NCBI RefSeq assembly: GCF_964204865.1
Contig: NC_135251.1
Span: 9,176,001-9,240,000 of the forward strand
Length of the DNA: 64,000 nt
DNA from: Styela clava
Lineage: Eukaryota
Direction of reading: 5' to 3'
Shown: positions 1-13,425 of the stretch, piece by piece
How the letters are laid out: every line of letters begins with the position of its first letter
Position numbering within the stretch: position 1 is the first letter of the stretch
Translations under genes and position numbers: made by a program
The notes under the pieces: model-generated
What the model saw: only the letters and a program-made list of their open reading frames with translations
Told to the model about the DNA's origin: nothing
Database searches by the model: none

Positions 1-58
1 AATCACAAAAGAAGGTGGCCTGTTGCTTTTATTCAAAATATAATCCTATTCATTTTAG

Positions 59-1264
59 GAAACACAATAGAATCCCCGGAAACTACATCGCAACCCACAA
101 CCTATCCACCACTAACAACAACAGTCGCTGAAACTGCTGAAAATATAAAAACACCATCCAGTCATTATGGTATAACAAACACAGTCACTGAGCCTTCAAT
201 TTCATCGCAAGCAACCGACGATTGCAAAAACGATCCCATGACGATTTCTCCTCAAACAATCGGAATGATTATCGGGATGATTGTTATGGCATTCATCCTA
301 CAAATTACAGCATTCAAAGCATATTTTTATTGGAAAAATAGGTGAGCTTGGAGTTGAGTTTTTAATTATCGATCTTTAGATCGTGGTTAAATCTGCTTCA
401 AATTTTGCATGTGCATTTATTATAATTAGCGAATTATTAATTAATTAGTGATGGGACACGCAGTGTCACTATAGAGTCCTAAATCGAAACCGCAGTTTCG
501 ATCGATAAGTCTTCGGTCTCCGACTGATATTTTTCTGAGTTTTTTCATATTTCTCGATTTGCAATAACTAGTTTTCATTTTTCCTCTCTTGGAACATAAA
601 TTATACAACTAATATTTTTTCAAATACATATGTTTGAAAGTAGTATCAAAGCTTTTTGATATTTATTCCGGAAAAAATGAATATCCGGAACTCTTCACGA
701 GTCACCGTCGGGTAAAATTATTAATTAGCTTTCTCATGCACAATGTCAGAAAATATACTTTACTGAGAAAACAAACTGTAACAAAATAAATTGAATAACA
801 AAATAAGCTATAACCATATATGTGATCTTAAGTCAAATATTATTCAAAATAAAAGTTTTATTCCATGGCTCTATAGAATACTTTAAGATTTCTTAAATTT
901 CTTCAAATTTGATTTACAATTAAATTTGAATACATTTTTAACCTCCAGAAATCGGTCACAAGAACGACAACATCAGACCAATACTCGTGCTATGAACAGC
1001 CCCTTACCAGTTCCAACGCCAACTCCTTTGTATGAAGAAGTGAATAATCCACTACCCGTGACTGAAGTTGGAGCAACATCGCAAATCATGATACCAATAG
1101 ATAACGCAGGATATTTGTCTTCCATTAATGTTAATACGTCACGTACAAGGAATACCCAGGCATCCCCACAAGCTGTGATGGCATCATCAAGTCAAGGTGA
1201 ATATGAAGTTGCGTATGTAAATGCGCCCGAATCTGATTATATTACTCCAGAAACTTTGCACTAA
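59..1264 (+). CDS. 3' part (last two coding exons) of a type I transmembrane receptor-like protein: S/T/P-rich stalk, single TM, Tyr-motif cytoplasmic tail; 5' exons lie before the window
   Basis: Exon 59-341 (ttttag|...AATAG|gtgagc) reads NTIESPETTSQPTTYPPLTTT...QTIGMIIGMIVMAFILQITAFKAYFYWKN, a hydrophobic TM followed by a basic stop-transfer. The phase-2 intron joins exon 949-1264 (ctccag|A AAT CGG), in frame with track ORF 926-1264, which ends ...YEVAYVNAPESDYITPETLH*. Confidence 0.8.
371..535 (-). mobile_element. Truncated copy of the DINE/HINE-like interspersed repeat seen at 59108-59715
   Basis: The reverse complement matches 59110-59305 (ggagaccgaagacttatcgatc...tatagtgacactgcgtgtcccatcactaattaat...atgcacatgcaaa-tttgaagcagatt) with an internal deletion. 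Confidence 0.75.
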
Positions 1265-4124
1265 AATACGATTTTGTTCTGTATTCTAAAACAGACGAAC
1301 TGCTAATATTTGTATCGGAAATACATTGTATAGACTATTTTTGACCTTAGTAAGATGGCGGCCCTGATGTGAAATTTCGTTCTGATTCTTGAACGATTTC
1401 GACTGAAAATATTTGAAAAAGAAATATGTTAACTAGACTATTTATATAGCCTCATGGAGATGGAGCATCGGACTTTTCACTATTAAATCAAAGGACGATA
1501 AACAAATTTTATTTTACGTTCTCCATTATGCTCTTAGAACTTTGGTTCTTGAGGCGGTGTCAGCGGTCGCTTAGATGTCACAAAGCAACTTTAGGGAGAG
1601 CACAAAGAAATTTTGACTTTGACACAGTAAAACATGAATTGCAAGAATAATTTTCCAATGCTTGTTTCCTAGTGTGTCTCTCTTTGATACGTTACTCGGT
1701 ATTAAAACAAAATTTCAAAACATTATGGAAACGAAACATGATATGAAAGTTGTACTTTCCCAAACAAAACTCAAAATAGATGACTTTGTGAAATACAAGC
1801 AATTGCACTTATCACTTTGAACTGCAATGATGACATGCATTGAATGAATGCTTGATATCAAGCGTTGCTTTGCTGCTTGACTTTAATTCTTCAGTGGACC
1901 GCGAGTCATCAAAAAATTGTACGGTGACCGTTATGCATATTTTTTCAAAAAGTTCGAGTACTAATGTTTTAGAAAGGCAATCAATTAACGCCAACCATAC
2001 TATCTAACTTCACTTTTTTAGATTTTTTTGTAAGTAATATGCGTTTTGGATTTATTATACTTTAGATCTATGTTCTGAGATGAAGTGCTTTAAAGCATAG
2101 TGCCATATTTCACTCACGCCCACGTGAACAACAGTGTGACTTCCAAATTAAATATTAAAAAAAGGAGATATTGTATAAATATTTTTATCTATTGCATTTT
2201 GTTAAATTAATTCCTATTTCATGTACATATCGGCTCCATGTAGGCCTTGATTATAAATATTAGGTTTTGATAAGGGGTCCTGCGGGATGTTTTGTGTGTT
2301 CTTATGAAAACCAGCAAATGTTCACAAACCCAAATTAGACAGTTACACAACTAAGAGGAATATGTTAGTTCCATGAACTTCTTCTGATAAACGATTTGAT
2401 TAGCAATGCGACAGTGCCCTCATACTTTCCTAATTTTAAGCAATAATGTGGGCAAAGCAAATGTAAAATGCAACTAGTTTTTAATTAATTAAATCTGTTA
2501 TTACTTTATCAAGTAGGAGTTATCGGGTATTGTTCGGTACGGCCTATCGTTACAGCTTTTTGAACAATTTTAAGAACAGTGGATGTCAGTGTCTATGTCA
2601 ATGGTCGTAGAACGGTTTATTCATTCAAATGCAAGATATGAAAATGCCAGACAATTTTCTGATTACGTTTACAGGACTGTTGCGTTTGAATAGTCATATC
2701 CTGGTTTACGCTATAGCATTGTTTGCCTTCTTGCAGTGTAGAATAATGAAATGGCCATGAACAGAAGATGTTCGTTTACGTTCCTTTAACAAAAATTTGT
2801 CCGATAGTTCAACTGCCCATTAACGCCAATCAAATATATCTAACTTCAACCCATTGTTTTTTATCATTTTATCTGTTTCTTATGTAAGTAATGGATTTTA
2901 TTCAACTTTCACTTCATGTCAAAAGATGAAGTTCTCAATGTATATATTAAGTTTTATTAATGTTTTCTCATTCGTCTCATTTCAATTTCATATTGGATCG
3001 ATTAGAAATATTATGTTTGAGTAAGGTTGGTCGGGGTCACGGTTGGCAATATTTTATGTAATTTCAAAAAAATAAAATAAAATGGATACAATTATATACA
3101 TATTCATGTTTAACCTAAAATAAAAATGAAAATCTTCTTAACATCCATGCATCTATTGAGTTTATATTAATTTCTAGTCAAACACGTTATTTCATTTCTC
3201 TATTCCTTACATGTGATCTCATGAATATCGTCGAATATTTTGAATCCTAAATAAGATCTATATGAGAGTAAGGGATTTTATAGATATCACAGTTACACAT
3301 TGTGCTTTGTAATGATCGGAAATCCTATATATCTGTCTTAGTATAATCTCGTATAAACAAAGGTAGCAATGACATTTGAAACTTATTTAGTAACTTTGTA
3401 AATTATTTTTGATGTTTCTTATTGTCGTACTTGTATAAATATTTGGAATAAAACTGTATAACAGTTTTACTTTTGATTGATATCCTATGTTATTGGGCAA
3501 TTTTTCAGTAGCGTCAGCGTCATGTTAGTAAACGATTTTCACAGACAATATATGAAGAGGTAAACTAGGTCGATTGCCGCAGTACAGGTTTCTCATTCAC
3601 ATTCAAAATTTAAAATGCCAGAAAACTTTCCGAATTTTTTTTTTATAGAACTTGCAATTTTCGGATCGTCATATTCTGGCTTCACGCTGCAGCATTGTTT
3701 GTCGTTTCGCCACGTAAGATTGGATTACCCTTGTGCAAAATTACATGCAAATGAACTTTGAGTCTCCAGTTACCAGACTTAGTTGCAAATCATGACTAAG
3801 TCCGCTTGATCTCAATATTGCCATGCGGTGATGCATCTCACTCATGGACGTAACGGGACGGGACACCTTAATAAAAATTTCTTCAAAACAATGGACTAAA
3901 CGAAGATATTCAAGTCCAAAAGTTTTTCACAATCCTGATGCTTGTCATTATTTAAAAAAAAAACGTATTTTATGACCTCCAACAAGTTCCGACTAGGAGA
4001 AAACAGACGGATTGACATTCTTAAATCAGACGGATTGACGTTCTTATCCACTTCACGCGTGTATGAACCAGAAACAGGATTTAAAAACAAGAGACATAAA
4101 TATAAAAATTTATTCCAAATTCAG

Positions 4125-4380
4125 CCGTAATTTTACCTCGCGACAGTCATAATCTATGCTGTTTATAACGAAGACGAATAACTGGAAAATTTTCCGCTTA
4201 TAGGTTTTCTGTGTGCAAAATTGAGAAGCGCATTTGATGCAACATGTGCTAGACTATTCTGGTGGAATCTACCAGGGTTTCTGTTTGCAAAATCATGGCA
4301 TAATGTCACCATAAACAGAGCGGATAAAAAAAAAAAACTGGTTGACAATGAAACTTCTGTTTAAATACACGTGTCATTGA
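4125..4380 (+). pseudogene. Relic last exon of a third claudin-like paralog
   Basis: Homologous to 14968-15170 (reads ..VIIYAVYNEDE*LENFPLIGFLCAKLRSAFDATCARLFWWNLPGFLFAKSW..). It has an in-frame TAA and an apparent indel at the start. The downstream flank 4360-4570 matches 32450-32648. Confidence 0.75.
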
Positions 4381-5728
4381 CGGACCTTCATAGTCCATTC
4401 GACCTCCAACCATTGACATTTGTCTTGCCAGAAACGGTTAATTTTTAACAAGTTTTAATCGTCTGAAAATAAAATGAAGATAAATTAAACTCCAATTTCC
4501 ATATTTTCAATTACTAACAGCATACTTAATTTAGAGTAAAATATATCTGGATCTGTAGTAGAAAAGCCGAAAAATCTGTTGTTTTGGAACATGTGGAATA
4601 AAACATACGTACATAACGCACAAACTAATTGAGTAACAAAAATTAACGGTAACGGATAAAACTTTAACAGATTAGATTAATTCATTAATCTAACTAACCT
4701 GTCGTTATTGTCGTAGTTTGAATTGTCTTTCATTCATAATTTAAATTAATCATTACCGGATGTATTTCAGTCTATTGAATTATAATTTACTTTTATCGTG
4801 CCTTTGTCTTTGCCTCTTGATGGTAACAATCTATGGCGCGCTATAATTTTTGCAATGATTCCATCTTTTTGCCACCGACATTTGCTATAACAGTATAACA
4901 TATGCGAATGTATTAGTCAATTTTTCAATCTATCAACATTAGACTACATACTTTAATAAGAATATATATCTGAAATTTTTATACGGCTTCTATCACAGAA
5001 GTATATTTATTAGCGGCTATGTCATACATCCAAGCAACATATAGATTTCACCGTTAGCCCGCTCATGTCTTCGGTTTACACGGGAACTTTTGCTAGAAAC
5101 GCTGATAAAGAGCAGTAACTAATTTTAACAATGTTTAAATGTTGCATATATATACATTTTTCAGGTAAATTGCGTAAAACAATCAAATTCTAATAAAGGT
5201 AGAAACGAGAATATCGGTCAAAGACTGATAGTCCGGCAGATAAGGGGACCTTTTTGGCCCAAGTTTGATTTCAGACCTAAAGTTTTTTTTATTTGTTATT
5301 ATTTATCTTGGGGTCATTACCCATCATTTATACATGGTTGTGGAGTTTGCAGCCTTGAGCAATTTTTTTTACGGCTCGATATTTGTATTAGTGTTTTTCG
5401 TCAAACCTGTGCATCATAATGACGCACAACCTGAACAATAACCTGTTACAATACTATGTTTAGGTTGTGCGCAATCTTGGTGCACAAACTACGCAAGCAT
5501 CAACTTTACTAGGAAATGAAATCAATAACTTTTAGGTATTTGTTGATATGGAAATACTGTCGAAACAAACGCGTAAAATAAAGAGTACTATTTTAAAATA
5601 CCCGTTTTTGTTGCAATTAACAATACAAGCCTGCTAATGCAGTCGCCAGTGTTTCAAGTGGATATACACCCGGTGGAGAACAGTCAATTATTTGTTAGCG
5701 AGAATTGTTATGCAGCGGAATGATCACG

Positions 5729-6042
5729 ACGACGCGGTGAATAATAATGATATCACGAGAACAAGAATGAGAAAATTGCTACTTTTATAGTATATCCCTG
5801 GGAAAGAATGTAGTTCATTCTAATGTTCTATGCCAATGCTTTTCAAACTACCAAAGATTCTCAACACTTTTGCTTGTTCTCTTCTACGACGCGGTGAATA
5901 ATAATGATATCACGAGAACAAGAATGAGAAAATTGCTACTTTTATAGTATATCCCTGGGAAAGAATGTAGTTCATTTTAATGTTCTATGCCAATGCTTTC
6001 CAAACTACCAAAGACTCTCAACACTTTTGCTTGTTCTCTTCT
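5729..6042. repeat. Tandem direct duplication, 2 x 157 bp
   Basis: The unit acgacgcggtgaataataatg...ttttgcttgttctcttct occurs at 5729-5885 and 5886-6042 with about 3 substitutions. Confidence 0.95.
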
Positions 6043-7949
6043 ATAAAAATACATTGTTATTATATATTCGCATTTCCACTGTTTGTTCATACTCCCAGAT
6101 AACCGATCAGCGGCCTCCAAGGAGTTCGGGATCCTCTTTTAAGAAACCCTGTCATAAACCAAAAGAGGCGACCGTGCCTCTCTTGCCTGTTGTCCTGCTG
6201 TCTTTGGAATTCAGCTACAACAAAAATTTCACGAAAATGTATTTTTAAATTTTATGATTTTATTAATATTCTCAACAATGAATAATATACGGGTGGTAAA
6301 ATGTCAAGTCATTCCAACAACATGGTCATGTTTTGCAATTTACAACCAATATTTTGTATGTAACTTTGTTTGACAGAGCCCCAAGAGCTCTAACTACAAA
6401 TATCAAAAATGTGAGGCCAAATAGGTCACACTACAACATTGCTGTATTTACGATAGATAACAGCTTTACCAAAAAGAATTACATGAAAAATGGTAAAATA
6501 AAGATCAATTCAACAATATCTACTTGGTGATATGCATCTGTTGATGATTTTATGTGTTTGTTTAGGAAGTTTAATAACAGAATTAATTGTGGTTGTTGGG
6601 GATGTTTTAAAAAAAGGTTGCATGGAAAAAAGTTTTCACAAAATGTTAAGATTTGATAGTAGTGGAGAAGTAGAAAAATACTTCCATGTTTTTTTTTTCG
6701 TTTGATAACCACGCCACAGAACTTCCCCGATAAGTATACGCAGCAATTGCGAGAGGCAGAAATGCCAAGATGTGATTTCATCGCATTGCAAACCAATATT
6801 AGCAATTCTTATATATATTCGCGCATTCCCATCTGAACAGCGTGGAAAAGATTATACCCATCTACACACTTTAAGAACTATGTCAGATGAGCGTCATATT
6901 ATCGAATATCAGTAAAGGAATAGTGCAATGGGAAAAGACATATAAGGCGGAACTTTCAGTAGTATGCAATCAAATAATCTTATTGTAGAATATATATTAA
7001 AAAAGATTTCGTCACGCCAACTGCAGTTCGAAACTTTTTGTCTCTGGCTGAGCTTAGATACCAATTGGCACTCATGTAAACTGGTAAAACTGTAAGGTGC
7101 ACTAAGCAGATACTAAGAGTATCCATCCCCCAACTGTCATTTGAGTGGTTACTGCTGTTTTTATTGCAGATGTTACTGATCCTTTTGTATTAAAGATTTA
7201 CTGGCAACACTGATTTAAGGATGTTGGAAACCAACACGCAATATTACAAAACTTACTCTCAACACACGGTTTGAATGAATGAAAATGCTTAAACTAGTAT
7301 ACTTTAGAACAGCATACAAATTCCATGGAATGAAATCATACACAAAAGCTCGTCAAAAACCTATAGCTGAATAATCAAGTGGAATTTGATGCATATGCGC
7401 AAAAATGTGCGCGTTACTATACGTACAACCGAAGCACGCAGGAAAATGTGTGCGATGTACTAGTATTCAAAACGTTTGACTCAACAATTTTGGCATAACA
7501 GGTGCACATCTCGGTTTCGCATACGCATACCTTCTATCTCCACAAGAATATATCAATTTTGCCAAAGTCAGTGCAGCACTGAAAGGTTACGGTTCTTCCA
7601 AAAGAAAACACGTTACACATTTTTAGATACCAGTGGATAGTTTTACATTGTCATGTACGGAGTGAAAGACGAGGTCAAATATTCCAATCCAATTCAACTA
7701 ACAAAAAATATTTCCCAAGTCCCTGAGCTTAAACTAGGTAAACGAAATGCGCGCGACAACGCAAATGTAGTTTGAAGAGCGCAATAGAAAGTGGCTAGAT
7801 GCTGCCGATGGATCTTGGCTTTTATTAGTGAAATAAACTACCATTTATTCTACTAAAATTGAATTTCTGACATTAGAAGGAGATTCAATGTTACTATGCA
7901 TGCAAAACTAAACCATGTAGTTATGAAATAATAGTTTTTAACAAAAAGG

Positions 7950-8050
7950 CGCTTCTGAAGTATTCGTACCAAGATGGCGCACAACCTGAACACTGTATGT
8001 TTACCAGATTAGGGTTCAGGATGTGCGTCGTCTTGGACCGAATACTTTAA
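7950..8050. mobile_element. Short hairpin MITE related to the GGTTAG-containing MITE family; a similar copy lies at ~5409-5486
   Basis: gaagtattcgtaccaagatggcgcacaacctgaac ... gttcaggatgtgcgtcgtcttggaccgaatacttt is an imperfect inverted repeat. It shares the ccaagatggcg motif with 35641-35875. Confidence 0.5.
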
Positions 8051-10708
8051 ATCCACTCAACAATAAAAAAAACTTTATGTCCCAAAACAATGTTAAGGCC
8101 CGATTCTGCCGGACTACAAGTCCCTATTGCCCTCTGGACAAGACACAATTTCTCTCATGCGGAGAAATAAAATTTTGTGTTTTTAGCACTTCTACCAATC
8201 TAATATATATGTATAAGAGATTCGAGCAACCGTTTCCTCATTACTATTAAAATATTGTAGCTACTACAACTACAATTTAAATAGGATTGTAACTTTATGA
8301 GATTGAAATACGAAGACAACAAAATTTTATCGTTTCTCATGCCAAAACCTCAACCTCATTCTGAAAACCTCTTTTCATACTGGCTCGCTCATCAAGCAAA
8401 ATGACTGACGCTTCGAGATTGACTATGCATTCTAGGTCAATACGTAGTAATATTTCGACATACGCAAGAATTTATTATGAAATAATTGACTCATTGAAAT
8501 AACGTAGCCCTATAACGGGTTTAAATAAACCATGTATCCTATTTGGTGTAAAAATATCACCCTTTTAAATTAATATAGACTATAAAAATCTATCCAGTGA
8601 ATGACCTCTGTGAGATTGATTTGATATCAAATTGAATGAAATCGAAGAAAATGACTCAAAACGAATACCATATTATTAAATACAAACGCACATATATTAA
8701 TAATGCAACACAATGCATATTGAATATTGGGTTAAGTAAACACCTCTTTTGCGATCACAACGAGGGATACATTTGAATAACCTGATGACGCACGTTTCCT
8801 ACCTGCCAATTGATTTTGTTACATTATAATATTTATTCATTTTTCATATCGCGCATTGTTTTTGCATGACGAAAATAAATATCTGAATCTGAATCTGAAC
8901 ACTGGTGAACATGCCGATGTAGAGGAACTTCCGCAATGCGATAGAAGATGCGGATTTTTTAGTATTATATATACATTAAACTCTTACGTAAATGACATAA
9001 ATATTAGAAAATAAATTAGGATCTGTCCTGAAAATGCCCTTAAAACACAGCAGTTTACAGAGAGTTGTGGACAAACAAAAAATTTGACTAGCTCCAAATG
9101 CTAGTGTTGAACTAGTGCAAATGACTTGAGAAAGCACATGAGTGATCTAATTCAGTATCATATGACCCACCTTTGGGAGAATTTTAATACCTCACTGTTA
9201 TCGACACTGATCTATAAGAGCGCCTCGCCATAAGACGTTCAATACGCAAATGACCATCATTGCCGGACGAAACTACAGTCAACATCAGCATGACGTAAGA
9301 AGCGTGTGGCTCAAGATTCGTGTTGTGAGTGACGTAGTGTGTGTGACGTAGCGTGTGTGACGTAGCGTGTGTGGGTGGGGTACAAAATTCATGATGCATT
9401 TTGGTAAGTGTCAACTGCTATTTCCTTCTGAATCTGCTCAATTAAATTCACGTCATGTGTAGTGGCAATCGACTAGATACATCTTCTGTTGCATTGGTAT
9501 TCAAAAACGTAACAAAATATAATTTTGTTGACTTTAAAGTAAGATTCGATACAATTTCGATTCCATTGCCGTCTCACTTATATTTCTATGCAATTACAGT
9601 GTGCTATGAAACCTAATCAAGACCCAAGCAAGTTTAAAGCTCATGCGATGGAAAAAAGCTAATGTACCGAAAACCTTTTCTCATTTTTGCACAGTAATTA
9701 AAATTAAAATAAAAAGTGCAGGATGGTACCCAGAATAACAAACAAGTATTTTAAACATATTCTGGAGATACCGAAACTTTTGAGCAGACCATCCTATATT
9801 ACTGAAATTTTTCGGTACAATAATACACAAATAGAAGTTCAACTGTGAAGATGTTAAATATTTTTTTTTCAGTTTCGTAGAAGTAATTAGGTAATTTTTG
9901 GTTCTGTTATATTATTTTTTACCACGAAGTAATATTATTTTCATTACTTTAATTGCAATTCAGATTTTCTCATTATCCACAAAATCAACAAATTGTAATG
10001 TAAGTATAACTGTCTCTACAAGATTACAGTCTACTTCAGGAAATGATTTTTCGTGTTCTTTTCTACCGAATACAGTTCGAATTTTAAATAAAACAGAAAC
10101 ATGGCTTTTACTTAAACAGATATGCGTTTATTAGACATTCTAGACCGACCTTCAAATAACGCATGCAAAACCAATTCCTTCCACGATCGAAATTTGCCCT
10201 CTAAAAACTAACCGTGTTTGTTAAACATTGAGACACATTTATATTATTATAATAATTTATGGATGGGTTTGAATCACGCCACATTAATCTTCTGTAAGAA
10301 ATGCAATAAACGACAAAGACATGTTAAGAATGAATCGAACTGAAAGGTGTTATGACAAGGAGATACCAATAAACTCTGTACATCCTATTAATATGGTACA
10401 CCATTTATAGTTTTGGTACACCCTGGGGTGTGCTGTACACTCAGTTGCCAAGCACCGTTCGAGACAGACCTTCAAATAACGAATGCGAAATAAAATCCGC
10501 CCACGATTGAAATTTGCCCACTAAAAACTAATTGTGTTTGTTAAACATTGAGACATGTGGTTGTGACTGGCATACTGGTAGGATTTATTCGCATCACATT
10601 AAGTATCCCTATACACCCGTGGACACACCGAAAAGGTTGGACTACACCTCGATGACGAGCATTGTTTTAGACAGACCTTTACACAATATAGCGATCGGAA
10701 ACCGCCCA

Positions 10709-10942
10709 CCTATCGATCTTGTGGCGTGTATCCTTCGCTTTGACTCACTAGCGACACCGCGTGTCTCATCACTAATTAATTAAAACTCGTTAATGATACA
10801 AATAATTTATCCAAAATCAATAGACTTCTGGTCCGAGATATGATGAAAGCACATGCAACCTAGCTTTCGTGAGATATCGCGAATGTCTAACAGAAAAACA
10901 AATACCTATCAACATATCTACCGATCGGGATCGATAAGTAAT
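10709..10942 (+). mobile_element. DINE/HINE-like repeat copy without the expanded microsatellite; duplicated at ~28684-28920
   Basis: The core gcgtgtc(c/t)catcactaattaatt...aaaatcaatagacttctggtccgagatatgatgaa.gcacatgcaa...gtgagatatcgcg is shared with 59180-59330. It is flanked by inverted tatcgatc / gatcgataag. Confidence 0.65.
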
Positions 10943-13425
10943 ACCGAATACAAAACCAGAATTCACAGACAATCGAAAATTGCCCGCTACTGACTGTGCT
11001 TATTGGACACTGAGACACATTTATATGACGATCATAACCTTTTTGCCCAAAATGCATGAAACGACAAAGGTATGTTGAGATACCAATGTGATCCGAAATA
11101 AAACATGAATAAATGAATAATTCAGCATGTAGCAGTGAAAACATTTGTTTTAGAGTTCGCCTAATAATGATGTTATTCGAAGAAAGTGGTGCAAAGCTTC
11201 TCATTTCTCCTGAAAAGACTGGTTATGTTAGCATGAATACTCCTATTTGCTATATTAGAAAGCAGTGACATTTCAATACTGAAATCTGATAAATCTTTGT
11301 GTACTTTCTTTGCTGGGAATTTTGGTACTCCCGTTGTATGTATACCAGGTTAGGGTTAGGCCCTAAATTTATTCCGTTTTTCCTTTTCTTAGTTCAATTA
11401 CGAGTTCAGGACTGTCTGCGTTAGGTAAATGAATACACCCCCTGCCCATAGGCTTCAGTCTCCGAACACAACTTTATATAAAATAGGCGAACAAAATTAG
11501 TTCCCTCCCTATTGATACACATACTTCTAAAGCGACAGAATTTCTCCAAGCTCATTTATGGTCTATGTGGTTAGATCAGACATGCAGCCTTCACATATAC
11601 ATTCATTATTATATTTATAATTAGCTCATATATGTTATGTGCATAAAATAGTGGAGTCATTAGAAAGCGAGTCGAGGCATTAAAATTTTCCGAGATTTTC
11701 GGGATAGTTATAGACACTTATCAGTGGTAATATTTTTATCTTTTTCGAACAGACTAAATAATAGTCATCTACCACACCTTTGGGCAAGCGTTCATAGCGA
11801 TTTGTTGTCCGAGCCATTACAGAATGGCAAATGTTCATATACACAGATGAAAGCGATTAATATTGTCGAAAAATTCTAAAGCGGCAATGGGGAATGCGCG
11901 AAAAAAAATGTTTTTACACCCCCACATTTTGTTTGTTTTTAAGGTATAAATATTCTCTGACCCTACACATCGTTGTTGTAATAAATATTGAGCTTATTTT
12001 CGACAAAATTGTATTTATCTTTTCGTGTGATCCATAGACATCGTAGTTTCATTTGAAATATGTGAGCTAGGAAATCAGAAATTTTTCAAAACTCATTTTT
12101 AATTCATATACTTTTGTATGGTCATATATAGATAAATAATAATTCAGGCGTTGTTTCAAATGAAGATAAACTAATTAAACTTGTCCACAATTATCACACT
12201 AAACACGCATCACTACTATTTTGTGATATTTTCTCAATTCGCAATGTCCTATGTTTTAAATTTACACCCGAATGCATTTAAATATTTTGTATTTGATTCG
12301 CACGAAAGCAGCAATCCATGAAACCAAAATCTCGACATAAAAGTTGCCTTCTTGCTCGGATGAATTGTAACAGTGTTCCCAATTGCAAATATTTTATCGT
12401 TGGTCATAAATAAATCCTCATAACTGGAGGCATCTCAATATTTGAAATGTTTTTGCATTTAGATTTAATTTCACTAATACATGCTCTTAATGAAATATTT
12501 TATCTTCAAATGGATTTCAATGCGTAAAGAATAAGAGGAGCGCATTAATCCAAAACAGAACTAGTTCTGTTGTATGGCCTAAAATGAACTACAGTGTCAA
12601 GCTGAATTGTGAAAATAAATTCCAGTACAGGATTAGAAATACTCCTTATGAAAGGTTCATACTTCTATGGTCGTTATAAAATTTAATTTTTTTCCAAAAT
12701 AAATCTTGATAATGTTTTTCTACATTCGTTTCAGCAACTATTTTGCAAAACCGAGAAATTGGGTTCAGCAAGAATTTGGAAGTTGAAAATGCTTTAGTGA
12801 GTTAAATTTAGTATAAAGTGCGGTGTGAGTGAAACTAATGTAAAATCATATGAGTTTGATTCATTTTTTATAAGAAATCAGTGGAACAAGAGAAGCCAGA
12901 ATTCTCCGATACACCTATTGATACACAGTCGTGAAGTCTCAATGGTGTGATATTTTGTAAACAAGAAATGGAAAGATTAATTAGTAATTTGAAACGTTTT
13001 TTAAAGGGGGGTCTGGGAGCTTAAATCACAGACGATTCATTTCAATCTTGCTATAATGTAAAATGTGACTCAAGTTATGTGTGTTCTTAAGGTGGCTGTT
13101 GAATTTCTACAACAGTTTAGATTGCATTGAATGATTATACTGTACAATCGAGTGAATTTAAAATTCGAATTTCGTTTAACTCTTTATTAGTTAACACGAA
13201 CCAATAAATGTTTTTATAGAGTACGAAGAGCGAAAAGAAATTGACACCTAACTTCTAATAAATTTGCCATTAAAGTGTGTTTTTGAGGTATTTTAGAGAG
13301 TATTTTTGATTATTATGAATTATTCTATTCACATTTTTTTCCTAAAACCTTGAAATTTTTTTCTTTTTGTTTTTTACAGTTTTACATTTTTTACAATATT
13401 CAGTGTCTTTTGTCTTTCTGCAAAA

